From Azolla caroliniana (Eukaryota > Plantae > Polypodiophyta), in assembly GCA_043228905.1 (NCBI GenBank), contig JBHGNT010000015.1:7750001-7814000 (forward strand): a DNA stretch of 64,000 nucleotides, written 5' to 3'. A program made the translations under genes and the position numbers. This document shows positions 24,282 through 36,362 of this stretch, one piece after another. The notes beneath the pieces were generated by a model, which was given only the letters and a program-made list of their open reading frames with translations, was not told the DNA's origin and ran no database searches. Each line of letters opens with the position of its first letter. The first letter of the stretch is position 1.

Positions 24282-27200
24282 TCATTTTCCGGTCCCGCCC
24301 GATTTGTTCGGGTCGGTTCGCGCTAATACCGGAATCTCCTTCTGTCGGTTTTCCGGGATAGTCTTTGTCGGTATCGGTGTCGGTTCTTCCTCGGTCCGGA
24401 TTTCTGCAGCAGCGTCTGTCGGTGTCGGTTCCTCATCGTGCCGGATTTCCGGGTCTTGCTTGAACGGGTTGGTTGGCATATTTCCCTTATACAGGTTTAG
24501 CCGAAACCCATTTGCCCACTTACCGATGACTTCTCCAGACAACATGCCGAGCTGATACGACCCATTGTACTCCTTGGTGATCCAGAACGGTCCGGTCCAC
24601 CGAAACCGCAACTTTCCCGGCATGTTCCCCATCCGTGTCTGGAACAGTAGCACCGGTTTTCCGACTTCGAACTCCTTTTCGTTGCCACGCCGGTGTCGGT
24701 CCACGAAATCTTTTCTCCTCCTTTGCTCCAGTTCGAGTTGTAGTAAGTTGGCTATTCGGTTTTCTTCTAATTTCAACAACGTCGCCAGCCGGATTCGTTC
24801 AGACTCCTTCTCACTTAAGCGCTCCTTTACCTAGATCCGTAAGCTGGGGATCTGGAACTCTACCGGCATGACCGCTTCTAAGCCGAATGCTAGTCGGAAC
24901 GGGGTTGTCCGGATGCTAGTTTTGTACGTTGTTCGGTACGCCCATAGCGCGCTCTGCAATTTCGTATCCCAATCGGTCCGGTTCTTGTTGACGATTTTTC
25001 GTAGGATGTTCTGCAGAGTTTTGTTTGTCGATTCCGCTAGTCCATTGGCTTGAGGGTAGTAGGGAGTACTCCTTTTATGTACCACCGCGTAAAATGACGT
25101 CAGGCTTTCTACTACCTGCCCGAGAAAGTGTCCTCCTTGGTCACTTATAAGCTCGATCGGGCATCCATACCGGCACCATATGCACTCGTACAGGAACTTT
25201 GCCGTGGACGCGGCCGTGTTGTCCCATAAGGCCTTCGCTTCCACCCATTTGGTGCAATAGTCGGTCGCCACTATGACATACCGATTTCCGGTTCGCATTG
25301 CCGGTGGCTTGAAGGGACCGACAAAGTCCAAACCCCACTTTTGAAACGGTTCCAATGGCAAGACCGGGTGGTGTGGCATCCGGGCCTGCTCCGTGGGTTG
25401 GCCCAGTCGTTGACACAAATCGCATTCTCTGCTATACTTCACAGCATCTTTTAGGGTGGTGGGCCACCACAATCCGCTCTGCCATATTTTCCGAGCGGTT
25501 GCGTCGCCGGCATAATGCCCGCCGGCAATTCCACAGTGGGCTTCCCTGAGGATTAGATCCTTCTCATCGCTTCGCACTGCTCGTCTCCAGATGCCATCTG
25601 CCTCCTTGTGATAGAGGGTGTCTCCAACCAAGCAGAAATGTTTGCTTCTTACTGCTACCCTTTTTCTTTCATCGCGGTCCATGTTCTCCGGGGGTACTCC
25701 GGTGCTCAGGAACTGATGCATCTCGGTTAGCCACTTGTCTTCATCGGCTACCGTTGCATCCGTTGCCGGTTCCGTCGTGATCCGGAACAACTCGGCGTCA
25801 GGGAACTCATCTTGTACGCCGTCCCCTGCTTCTCCGGATTCGAGTCTGCTTAGGTGGTCCGCTACCGCATGCTGCGCCCCGGGTCGGTGGAAAATGTCAA
25901 ATTCAAATTCCTGTAACAGCATTGTCCATCGTGCAATTTTTCCCGTCAAGGATGCCTTCGAGACCAGGTAGAGTAGTGCCGAATGGTCGACATGGAAGGA
26001 AAACTTCCTTCCGAGCAAATAGTGCCTGTACTTTGCGACACTATACACCATTCCTAATGCCTCGCGTTCCGTCGTAGAGTAGTTCCGTTCAGCTTTTGAG
26101 AGTTTCCAGCTTGCGTAGTACACCGGCCGGTACCATTTCGGCTCCGTGAGTTGCATCAGAACGCTGTCGATTGCTACGTCCAACGTGTCGACGAAGACGT
26201 GAAAGCTTTTACTCCAATCCGGCGGTTGCACCACCAGATCTTGCGACAGCATAACCTTCAGCGCTTGGTAGGCTTTCTCCTCCGTCTCCGCCCATAGGAA
26301 GGGTACCCTGTGTACTGCGGCATGCAATGGTGTAGCGAAGTCTGCGAGGTGCCGTATCATCCGGCTATGCCACCTTATTTGGCCCAGGAACCGGCTTAAA
26401 GCCTTTGCGTTATTTGGTGCCGGTGCCTCGAGAATCGCCTTTACTTTATCCGGATCTACCGCGATTCCTTCCTTACTCACCACATGCCCTAGTAAGTTGC
26501 CGCCTGCCACTCCAAAGACGCACTTGGCCGGGTTCAGACTCAACCGGTACTCGCGGCACTTCTCTAAGCACAGCCGGAGGTGATCGAGATGCTCTCTGTG
26601 CTGGCTGTAGACCGCGAAATCGTCAAGGAAGACCTGCATAAAACCGGGGATATATTCCCCGAAAATTTCCATTACTATCCTTTGAAAGGTCGTTGGGGCC
26701 GTCTTTAGTCTGAACATCATCATGACCGCGACGAACACTCCCCATTCCGTAACGAACGATGTCTTCTCCTGGTCGGCTGGGTTCATTCGTATTTGGTTGT
26801 AACCGCTAAATCCATCCAGGAAGCTGTAAACTTCGTGGCCGGCTACCGCATCTAGCACCCCGTCCGTAAATGGTAGTGGAAACGTATCGGTCACCGTTGC
26901 GGCATTTAGTTTCCGGTAGTCCACGCATACCCGGATTTTGCCGTTCTTTTTCGGGACCACCACTATCGGACTCAGCTAGGTTGCCTGCTTGACCGGTCGG
27001 ATAAATCCGACCCGAAGGAGCTTATCAATCTCCTCCTTCACCTTCGTCGTATAATTCGGATTCATCCGGTACCTGCGTTGAGCGATCGGTTTCGCGTCCG
27101 TACTTAGGTGAATTTGGTGCTGATAGAGCTGGGGGTCCAACCCTCGCATGTCTTCGTACGACCATGCGAACACATCCTTGAAGTCTGTTAGTAATGCTAC

Positions 27201-30142
27201 CATTGCCTTCTTTTCTTCCTTCGGCAATTCCTTTGCGACATTTACCGGTCGGGGCGTGTCTGTTGTGCCGAGGTCCACCTCCTCCAGTTGGGATGCTTTT
27301 ACCCTCTGGGATATCGTCATCTCCCTCTCTAGGGATTCCTGCGCTTGTCGCAGTTCCCGGATCGCTGCTTGGTCCGGTTCGTCCGGCGTCGTGATGTACG
27401 GTTCTACTGCCGCCGTGATATCCACATCAAATAGTGGGACGATTCGTGGGTGTTCCTCGAGGTACCGATCGACTTCCTCGTCCGGTAATCCCTCCAACAT
27501 GTTGATGCTTTCTGCATACAATGGAGTTGCTTCCTTACTGGCGATCACCCGTGGTTGCGTCGCTACTCGTACCTTTGTTTTCCCTCGCCGGATTGTGATC
27601 ATGTTCTTTTCCAGTTCTGCTTGATATGCGTCGTTTGCAGCTATGGTCGTCCTAGTAGTAGGGGGTACGCGCCTTGTACATTCAGCTGCAGCACCACGGC
27701 CGATATCCGGAATACGTGGCCTCCAATCGTTACTTCCAAATCCCGGATAAGCCCGGTCGGTCGGACTGAGCTGGTATCCGCCATGCGTAACCAGAAGGGG
27801 CATGGCTCCCATTCCCAGATGCCCAGGTTGTCGCATGTCTGTCGGCTGATGACATTTACCCCGGAGCCTCCGTCAATAATTGTTCCGGCAATTTCCTTTC
27901 ACGATTGCCGTGATCGCCGGGCTACTTGTATCGACCACAGCTGGTCCTTCCTCTGGGTTGGAGAAGAATGCCGGTGCTGGCGTTGGCTTCGGTTTGCTCA
28001 CGGATGCCTGTAAGTCTGCCGTAAACCGTGGCACCAACTGTAGTAGCCGTGCTAACGGCAGCAGGATTTGACAGTCCTGGAGCGCTTGCCACATCGGGTT
28101 TTCTCCTGGCTGTATGATTTCTTCGTCTTTTGGCATATTTTGGTCTCTTACTTCGGCCGCATTCTGTTCATTGGCCTCCTTGATCCATTGCGCCGCTTGT
28201 TTTCTGATTGCCTCCTGGGCTTCCCCTTTGACCGGGTTGTGACCTGCTGCACTTCCGTTATTTCGGCTGTAACCATGTTGACTGCCGGCTGCTTGTCATT
28301 GGTTTTTCTTGGGCATTGGTTACTATAATGGCCCTCCTTACGGCAGTAATAACAGTACACCTTGTGACTGTTGCTCGTTTCTCCTTTGTCCCCGGTTTGG
28401 GGGGTGGGTATACTTCAGCGGTCGTCTTCGGTTTTTCAGTTATCCGGTACCGATACCGGGTTGTCATTCCTTGCTGCCTCCCGACGTTCCTCTCTTCGGA
28501 AAAATCCACGCTTCGGATTCCGTCGGAAATTTCGGTTCCCTTGTCGCCTCTCTTCTTTGCGTCGTTTGTATTCCGGGGATTCGTCTCGGTCGTACCGGTC
28601 CCGGGGGTAGCTATCTCTGCGTTTCTCCTCTCGGTCATAGTTATCGCGTCTTCTATCAGCGTATCTGTTACCGCGTTCGCGTTGGTAGCGGTCGTTTCTC
28701 CGGAATCGATCCTCATCCGGGTCCTGATTGCGCGGTTCTATGTGTCGAACCGGTGCCGCCTGCCGATTTAACAGGTTATATTCGCATCGGTCCGTTGTAT
28801 GGGCTCGAGAGTTGCAGATCATACATTGTGTCCGCAGGTTGCAGTCTACCGTTGAGTGGCCCGAATTTAGGCATGTTGTGCATTGTAAGGCCTGTCGGAA
28901 CCTCAGGTCTTCCTCCTTCGGGAGTGCCCGGTGTAACATCCCCATCGACAAGAAGGAGCTAGTCTTGTCCATTTCTAAGACCCGATCAATAACTTGGTCC
29001 ATTGTGCTGGTGCGGAAATCAAGGACTCCGCACATCGTTCGAAGTGGCTCTTTTAGCGCAGCCAAAAAGACTGCTTTGGCTTCGTCTTCGGGTGGTGCTC
29101 TCGTCAGTTGGCTGTGCAGGGTCTAAAACCGAATGATGAATTGTGGCACAGTCTCGTTCTCTTCCTGCCGGGTGGTGTAGAACTGCCCGACCAATTCCCT
29201 TTGCTCAACTTGTCTGTGAAAAAGCCTGAGGAATTTGGCCTTCAAGGCATCGAATGTGGCAAAGCTGCCCGGTAAGTGCTTTGCGTGCCATCGGGCCGCC
29301 GGTCCTTCTAAGGTCATGCCGAATTCGGCGACTTTGGATCGTTCGGCTTCGGGCTCCGTCAGTCTTTGGGAGACATGGTTGGCTTCCCATGTTTGGAGGA
29401 ATGCGTACACGTGTGCCTCCGCGTCGGGCTCATCCCGGTACTTTGGGTATGAGTACGGCATCGTGTCGTCCAACTGACTCTCCTGCTCTCTCCACTCTCT
29501 GTCCATTGTTGGCGTTGGTGTGAGAACCTTCGGTTCCTCCGCGGTTGGTGCCGGTATCCGCTCCTTCAGTTCCTCCGCGGGTGTTGCTGGTGTCCGGTCC
29601 TTTGGTTCCTCCGCGGGTGTTGTCGGTATCCGCTCCTTCGGTTCCTTCGCGGGTGTTGTCGGTATCCGCTCCTTCGGTTCCTTCGCGGGTATTGTCGGTA
29701 TCCGGTCAGCCTCCCTCGGCGATTGCCGGTCACCGAACTCCAAGGTTATTTCTTCCTCTGGCTCCGGTGTTACTGAGTCTTCCGACTCCTCTTCCCCCGG
29801 GTCGTTTGGTGTGTCGTGGCTGCTTTTATACCGGGACACAACGCTTCCGTCGCTTTCCGACTCCGCCTCGAGTGTTGCGAATGCTTCCGAGTCCCCGTCG
29901 CCACCGGCGAGCGTCTGTAGTATCGTTTCCGCCTCTTGCAGGCTTGTTATGCTACTGCCTTCGTCAGGGACTTGCAGAACCCGGAACTGCAGTGCTTCTT
30001 CTGCGACTCTCCGAAGAGTTCTGGAGAATGACCGATCTCGCCGGATCTCGTCGACGGCTTGCTGCAGGGCTTCCCGTCGTTGGTCTCATTTGGTGTATCG
30101 TCTCCCTCGTTCGGTGATGTGGTCGTCGTTTGGTCTAGACAT
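24282..30142 (-). pseudogene. pol: gag-pol of B: gag with three CCHC knuckles, protease, RT, RNase H, integrase with GPF motif; no chromodomain
   Basis: 710-aa ORF 24831..26963 (VDYRKLN, FLDDF, RH, HHCC, DDE); flanking segments broken by single-base stops and a few frameshifts. Confidence 0.95.
29520..29705 (-). repeat. 36-bp coding repeat x5 (IPTTPAKEPKER) in B gag
   Basis: Visible in ORF 29123..29839. Confidence 0.9.
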
Positions 30143-30178
30143 CCATCCCCCGGTTGTCCTCTACACTTTGCAGGAATC

Positions 30179-30188
30179 GTGGTCGCCA
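30179..30188 (-). promoter_or_regulatory. PBS of B, TGGCGACCAC (tRNA-Arg(UCG)-like), 6 nt from the LTR
   Basis: TGG-initiated motif after the 5' LTR; tRNA identity from memory. Confidence 0.7.
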
Positions 30189-30194
30189 AAATAG

Positions 30195-30608
30195 TGTTGT
30201 CTGCCTGGCTGGACTAGCCTCAACACAGGTGTCTATCCGACACTTCTCCAAAGGGGTGGTAAGGATTGGATGCTAGGTTTCACGCATAAGATGATTACAC
30301 TAAGCACAGACGGTAAAACAATACAAAGACAAAGATAAACACGCAATAAGTATAATTGTATTACTTCCGTAAAGCATTTACAAATCATCGGATCCTTTTA
30401 TAGGCATCCGGCAAGGTTACAATCGGTGCGCTTAGGCAACCGGCATCCGAATCGGTCCGGATCCGGATCGGTACAACTGTACCGGATCCGGATCGGTACA
30501 ACTGTACCGGATCCGTCCCTCCGAATAATAAATATACTATTATTTACTTCCTATTATCCGATCCGACTCCGCCTTCCCACTTGTCCTTGCTCTTCTGACC
30601 GGCCAACA
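30195..30608 (-). repeat. 5' LTR of B (414 bp, with a 25-bp internal duplication)
   Basis: Match to 20512-20900. Confidence 0.96.
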
Positions 30609-31640
30609 CGATTCAGACGACGAGTGGATGGTTTTGGGTTGTGCCTAGATCGGCCACGGTGCACAGGTGCACACGATTCGGACGGAAGGACGCGTGGATG
30701 GTTTTGGGTCGTGCCTAGATCGGCCACGACGCACGGGTGCACACGATTCAGACAAAAGGACGCGTGGCTTGGCGGTTCGTGACGCATGACTTGGTGGCTT
30801 AATCGCGGGATGCATGCACGGGTGCATGAACGGTTCATAAGGATGCGCGCGTGCACAATTCGGAAGGACGCGCACGCACACAGAAACGTGCACAATTCGG
30901 AAGGAAACGGGCTCGACGGTTCGTTATGTACAGCTTGGTGTGGCTCAATTGCGGGATGCGTGCACGACTTGGTGGGTTTGGACATGACGTACGGGTTGGT
31001 AGGGACGCAAGTACGGATCATGCACGGACTAGATGATTGGATCATGTGGCCGAATTATACGGACGGTCGCATGCAACCAAAAGTAAAGGCCATGTAACTA
31101 AAAATGAACGCATACAATTAAAAGGCATGCAACTAAAAGTAGAGGTCATGCAACTAAAAGTGGGCATGCAAAGGAACATCAAGGGCCATGAACAACAAAG
31201 AACTCCATATATATTCCACTCTCTTCTTTCATCCATTTTTTTTTCTCTCTGCTCCCTTATCTTATCGAAGCCATAACACTCAAAAACCCTAATTTTCTAA
31301 TCGAAGCCAAAAACCCTAATTTCCTTATCGATGCCATAACACTCAAGAACCCTAATTTATCTTATCTAGTTATCTCTCGATAATCCTTAAATTATTTTTT
31401 ATCTAAGCCATATTTCATAAACCTTAATCTATTAATCTATTAACCTCCATAAGCTAAAACTTTTGTAATTCCAATCTTGGGATAGATTGTAATTTTTCGT
31501 TTCCTTTCTTAATGAAATTTGTCAAACTTTCTAATTTCCGTTAATTCTTAAAAGTATAAACGCACAAATTTGATATCCTCTGGTTGGAGGCCCCAAGGTC
31601 CTGCCTCACGTTCACGTATCCTTGACGTATTTTCGCGACA

Positions 31641-32600
31641 GCGGTTTGGAAGTCCGAAAAAGACGTCATCCTCTGAGAGGCCCATTATGGAATTGCCAGA
31701 GGACACTACGCAGTCGATGCGACGGTCTGAAAGATAGTGCAAAGCGGCTTATGGTGTGGCCAACAACACAGATGGAGGCTCACAAAATCTGCCGACAATG
31801 CGATCTCTGCCAACGCATGGGTCAACCTACCGAGCGAGGGTGAATGCCCCAATAGTTGATCCTTCCGCTTGAGACATTCTAGAAATGGGAGTTGGATTTC
31901 GTCGGCCCATTCAAACCGGCCGTGGGCTGAACCGAAAACTAATGCATTATCATCGCGATCGATTACTGCACCAACTAGGTCGAAGCAAAAGCGCTTCGGG
32001 ACAACACGACTGCCTCCATGGAAAAATTCATTTACGAATACGTATGGTGCACATTCGGATGTCTGATCGAGTTAGTGAGCGATCAGGGCGGGCATTTCAT
32101 CAACAAAATAATTCAGGAGGTCACAACGCATTACGCGGTGGTACATAAGAAAAGAACGCCTCACTATCCGCAAACGAATGACCTTGCCGAGTCGATAAAT
32201 AGAACGCTACAGAACATCCTCAAGAAAATCATGAACGAGAATTGCGCCGACTGGGATGACAAGATGCGTAGTGCACTTTGGGCTTATCACACTACATTGA
32301 AGACTAGCATTAGCTCCACGCCTTTTTGGTTGGCCTTTGGTTTAGAAGCCGTCATGTCGATCAAATTCTAGGTGTCGAGCTTACATGTGCAAATTTCGGA
32401 ACGACTCCCCAAAACAGAGTGAGAACATAAATGACTCGAGCAACTACTCGAATTCAGGGAAGATCAGCTTGCTAGTCTAAGCTATTTGGAGCATGGTTAG
32501 TGCCAGCATAAAGCATTTATCGATTGTCATCATAAAGGGAATGAGAAATTATGCGAAATTGGCAAGGCAGTTCTGGCTTTTCAAACTTGGCTTGGCTCGC
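31641..32600 (+). pseudogene. Decayed integrase of A/B family, probable continuation of F
   Basis: AVWKSEKDVIL*EAH...ELVSDQGGHF...SALWAY collinear with B integrase. Confidence 0.85.
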
Positions 32601-32975
32601 ACGTGAGCGAGACGCGAAGGCCCCTAGAAGTGAACACTAGTCGGGGCGGAATGAAGAAGATAATGGAGGAGATGACGTCGCGACATGTCAAAGCCATTCA
32701 TTACTCGGTGTCGGTAGGAATCCGCGTAGGAGAAGAAAAGAACACTAGGATGAGGAAGGACGCTAGATTTTCGCTGGTTATACTGGAAGGATTCTCCGGA
32801 ATGAAGTTGGGAAAGAAGGAGGCAGACCACGCGGCAAGGCAGATCCAAGAAGGTATCGGATGAGACGATCCGGTGGAGGAGAAATCAAGCCTCGTAGAGG
32901 CTGCATTCCAGAACTACAAAGTTTTGGTCGAAGACAAACAGGTTGGGAAGGTTGGAGGGGCCAACTCTTCAAGTA
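32601..32975 (+). pseudogene. gag fragment of C/E family
   Basis: SETRRPLEVNTSRGGMKKIMEE matches SETRKPLRVNFGRGRLKKIVEE in C. Confidence 0.75.
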
Positions 32976-33000
32976 GGTATGATACTTGGAGGGGGAAATC

Positions 33001-33349
33001 ACTATCATGAGGTTATTGTCATATTGTTGTAGGTCTATAACTGTTGTATAGAGAGAGAGAGATACAGAGTGATGCTCTGTTGTAACCGCCGGTTGGCGAA
33101 GATACAGAGCTTGAGTTCATTGCCTCCTAGTCTCTATTTGTACCTTTCATATATAGTGATAGTTTGGAGTTTGTGGGCTCCCGTGGTTTTTCCCAATTAG
33201 GGTTTTCCACGTAAACATCTTGCGTATCCTCTATCGTTGTTTGTGTGTGTACGTGCGTTCACTCCCTACTTCCCATTTCTGTGTTTGATTCTCATTGAAG
33301 TGATTCAAGACTTGGTTGTGGCCAAGTAATATTCCGCGTTATTCTCTTC
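33001..33349 (+). repeat. Partial Copia LTR related to 50857-51415
   Basis: Shared GTTTGTGG...TGGTTTTCCC...GTTTCCACGT block. Confidence 0.6.
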
Positions 33350-33560
33350 AGATATGCGCAGGGACCCACACTACGGAAGAGCTGCATGGAGCGTGCCCAA
33401 ACGTGAGGGTGAAGGTCGGTGACATCGAAATCGACCAACACTTCTTCGTGCAAGAGTCATCCTCGCATCCGATAATCTTAGGTGAACCTACATCATGGCG
33501 GCTCAGATAGAGACGAAGGTGTTGAACAACGGTTCAACATAGGCAAGGGTGAAGAGTGTG
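33350..33560 (+). pseudogene. Protease fragment of C/E family
   Basis: GACPNVRVKVGDIEIDQHFFVQ matches C protease. Confidence 0.8.
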
Positions 33561-33565
33561 GTGTC

Positions 33566-34582
33566 CGTCGACCAAGGGATGTAGGCACAGTTTACCTTCT
33601 CGGCTGCTTCATCGAGGAAGAGGGCCAAGTCATCGCGTAAGGGCGTTGGGATGGGAGGATGTTCATCCTTGACACCAACAACGTAGGCATCGCCTTGTTC
33701 GCAAAAGGACTAAAAGTCGAGTCGGATATCGACTTGTGGCACAAGTGGATCGGCCACGTAAACTATCAAAGGCTTCAAGACGTACAATCAAAACATGTTG
33801 TTTTCGGATTGCCGAAATTCAGTGGCCAGAAGGCCCAAATTTGTGAAGCCTACCAACTCGAGACACAACACCGGCTTCCATTCCCCACCGAAAGAAACCG
33901 GAGTCGTAACAAGCTCAACTTGATACATATGGATGTATGGGGACTAGCACAGAACATTAGTCTTGGCGGGAGCCGATATTTTGTCTCCTTCATCGATGAC
34001 TACAACCGACACACAGGGGTCTACCTCATAGAGAGGAAAATCGGAAACAGAGAGGAACCCACAAAGTCTTGGACTATTTCCGGAACCTGCAAAGTCTTGT
34101 CGAACAGGAAACAGAGAGGAAGATCAAGTGCCTACGGTTGGATGGCAGAAAAGAATGCTTTTCCAGCCAATTCAATAGTTATTTGCAACAAAAGGGAATT
34201 AAGAGAGAATTCAGTTGCAGATACACACCGGAACAAAACGGTGTGGCCGAAAGAAAGAACTGGTCGATTGTGGAGACGGCACAGGCAATGCTGGAGGAGA
34301 AGAGCATGCCCAAGTTCCACTAGGCCGAAGCGGTCCAAACGGTCGTCTACCTCCAAAACTGAATCTGGGATAAGGTGTCAGCACACGAGCTATATTTCGG
34401 ATGGACGCCGAATTTAATGCACCTTAGGATATCGGTAGCATTTCCTATGTGCATGTGCCAGATGAGAAGATGAGGAAGTTTGACCCTAAGTCAGAGAAGC
34501 GTATCTTTGTCGGCTACTCACATGAGCAAAAGGGTTATAAGTGTTATAGCCCCCGAACAAAACAAGTTCGAGTGAGCCGAGA
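33566..34582 (+). pseudogene. Copia GAG-pre-integrase/integrase fragment (G/I/J family)
   Basis: DLWHKWIGHVN, HMDVWG, YTPEQNGVAERKN. Confidence 0.9.
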
Positions 34583-36362
34583 TGTTACGGGCATGACCAT
34601 ATAATATCCCGTGGTGAGAATTTACCGTAGTATTCTATACATGTGGATAAGTGTGAGGGTTAAACAAGAATGTAAAGAAGGGGAGGATTACTTTTAATCG
34701 TCGGGATTGAGACAACCCACTAGGCCAAGTGTGAACTTGCTTGGGGGCCTTGGGTATCGCTATAAATAAGAGGTCTAGCTACCCTCATTTCATCATCTTT
34801 TGACTATGTCAAGACTCTGTTCTTGTGGTGGGTCAACTCTTGTAGCGAGCGCGCCAGCACCAGGTACGACTCCACGCCACGTCGGTGGTATGGGACGCTG
34901 ATCGAGGCTCGAGTCTATCTCGATCCCTTCGCTCGGGGGTGATTGCGTGGATCGGCACCCTTCTTTCTCTATCTCCTTTCTATCTATCATTCTTTTATCC
35001 TTATCATATGCTTACATTAGGGCATATCTCTAAAAGTTGGTTTCAGAGCTCATGTACTAATGTTTCTTTTGTTGTCTTGTGTCTTCTTGATTGATGGTGA
35101 TCGATTGATATGCGGTCGGCCTTGATCCAAATAGTGATCAACAAAGGAACTTCGGTAATCTTTCTTGTTTTTTTTTCTAATTTTTCTTCTCCCTTCTAAT
35201 CATGTATATGGTCATATGTAATTTTTTTTTCATTAATTGAATGATGCTATAGTGGTAATTGATTGGTTATATAAAACGTTTACATATGTGCACGAGGTCA
35301 ATACCTCATTTAACATATATTTAATATGTGATTAGTGTCGTATGTATACGAGGTAAATACCTCAATTACGTATTACGTTCACAAACATATGTTACGTTTG
35401 CGTATGAGGTCATTACCTTGATTTGTATGTAAATGATATGCGTTTGGTGTCGTATGCGTATGAGGTCAATACCTCGATTGTGTATTACGATTAACCCTTA
35501 ATTTTGGATGTTTCGTGTGCGTAGAGGGTATATGCCTTGATTACGTGTCTCAATTTCATCATATGTTGGCTATTTGATGTTACGATTTTTTTTAATATAC
35601 GCATATGTGGTCACGTGTATACGTACTTGATCGTATATATGTGATAAATAAACATATGTGTATATTTGATATTACGTGATATTTATATCGTATGTTGTCC
35701 TTTTCGAGGAAAGGAACTTGGTGGTCGTCCTCACGTTTTTGTGAGAATGGCGTAGTCACCATCCTTTTTTCAACAATTTTTTTTGTTGACATCCCCATTG
35801 GTCACTTCGAGTTCGTTACGTAACGAAGTGCTCATAGCCACAATGATGTTGAGAACGTAGGACTTGACCCACTTCATGTGAGATCACTCCTATGACACAC
35901 ATATCCAACATCCCTCCCTCATTACATGGATACGATGCCACCATGAGATCATTCTTACGAAAGGCATTCGTAATGACGTAACCATGTGATGGGCCACGTG
36001 GGCCTACTACGAAAAGAGGGCTCATTTGGATTGACCATTAGGTTGCACTTTGGCGTTTGCCATCGTAATTATGAGACTTGAGGTTAGGTAACGTACCAAC
36101 ATAGTGTGTGGTAAATGATGGGGAAATAATGACTCTTGACATATATGTTTCTTTTAAAAAAACATATATGAGCAAATGCCTCGCATATCTCTTATACGCA
36201 TAAAACATTCAACATTCAACATGAGCAACCTATTTGGTTAGCTCAAGTGTTTAATGCATTTGTTTTCGAGGTCTCGAGTTCAAATATGACCACGACCATA
36301 CAACATTGTTGATACATATGACTATAATACATGTTTAGACTTTAGGTCTAAGTGCACTTCGG
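34583..36362 (+). mobile_element. Family H LTR element copy 2 (LTR 34583-35035, PBS-like TGGTTTCAGAGC, non-coding interior), truncated
   Basis: Reverse-complement homologue of 11365-13032. Confidence 0.78.

Larger units (their letters stand above)
20512..30608 (-). mobile_element. Full-length Ty3/Gypsy element B (10,097 bp), non-chromovirus, gag-pol + extra ORF
   Basis: LTRs 20512-20900 and 30195-30608; TSD CGATT at 20507-20511 and 30609-30613; host repeat resumes in register. Confidence 0.97.
19544..31640 (+). repeat. 3' LTR of element E (~2.0 kb: 19544-20511 + 30614-31640), split by B
   Basis: PPT-like TGGTGGGGGTGA precedes TGTCGTGTGGTTTT; ends CGCGACA; both ends match the C LTR. Confidence 0.8.

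Noticed and set aside
24282-24480. Chromodomain at the end of B integrase
   Set aside because: The tail is a short EEPTP repeat with no chromodomain motif
20512-30608. Element B oriented on + strand using TGGCACGCCC as its sole PBS
   Set aside because: gag-pol and ORF3 are on the minus strand, and a PBS follows the minus-strand 5' LTR
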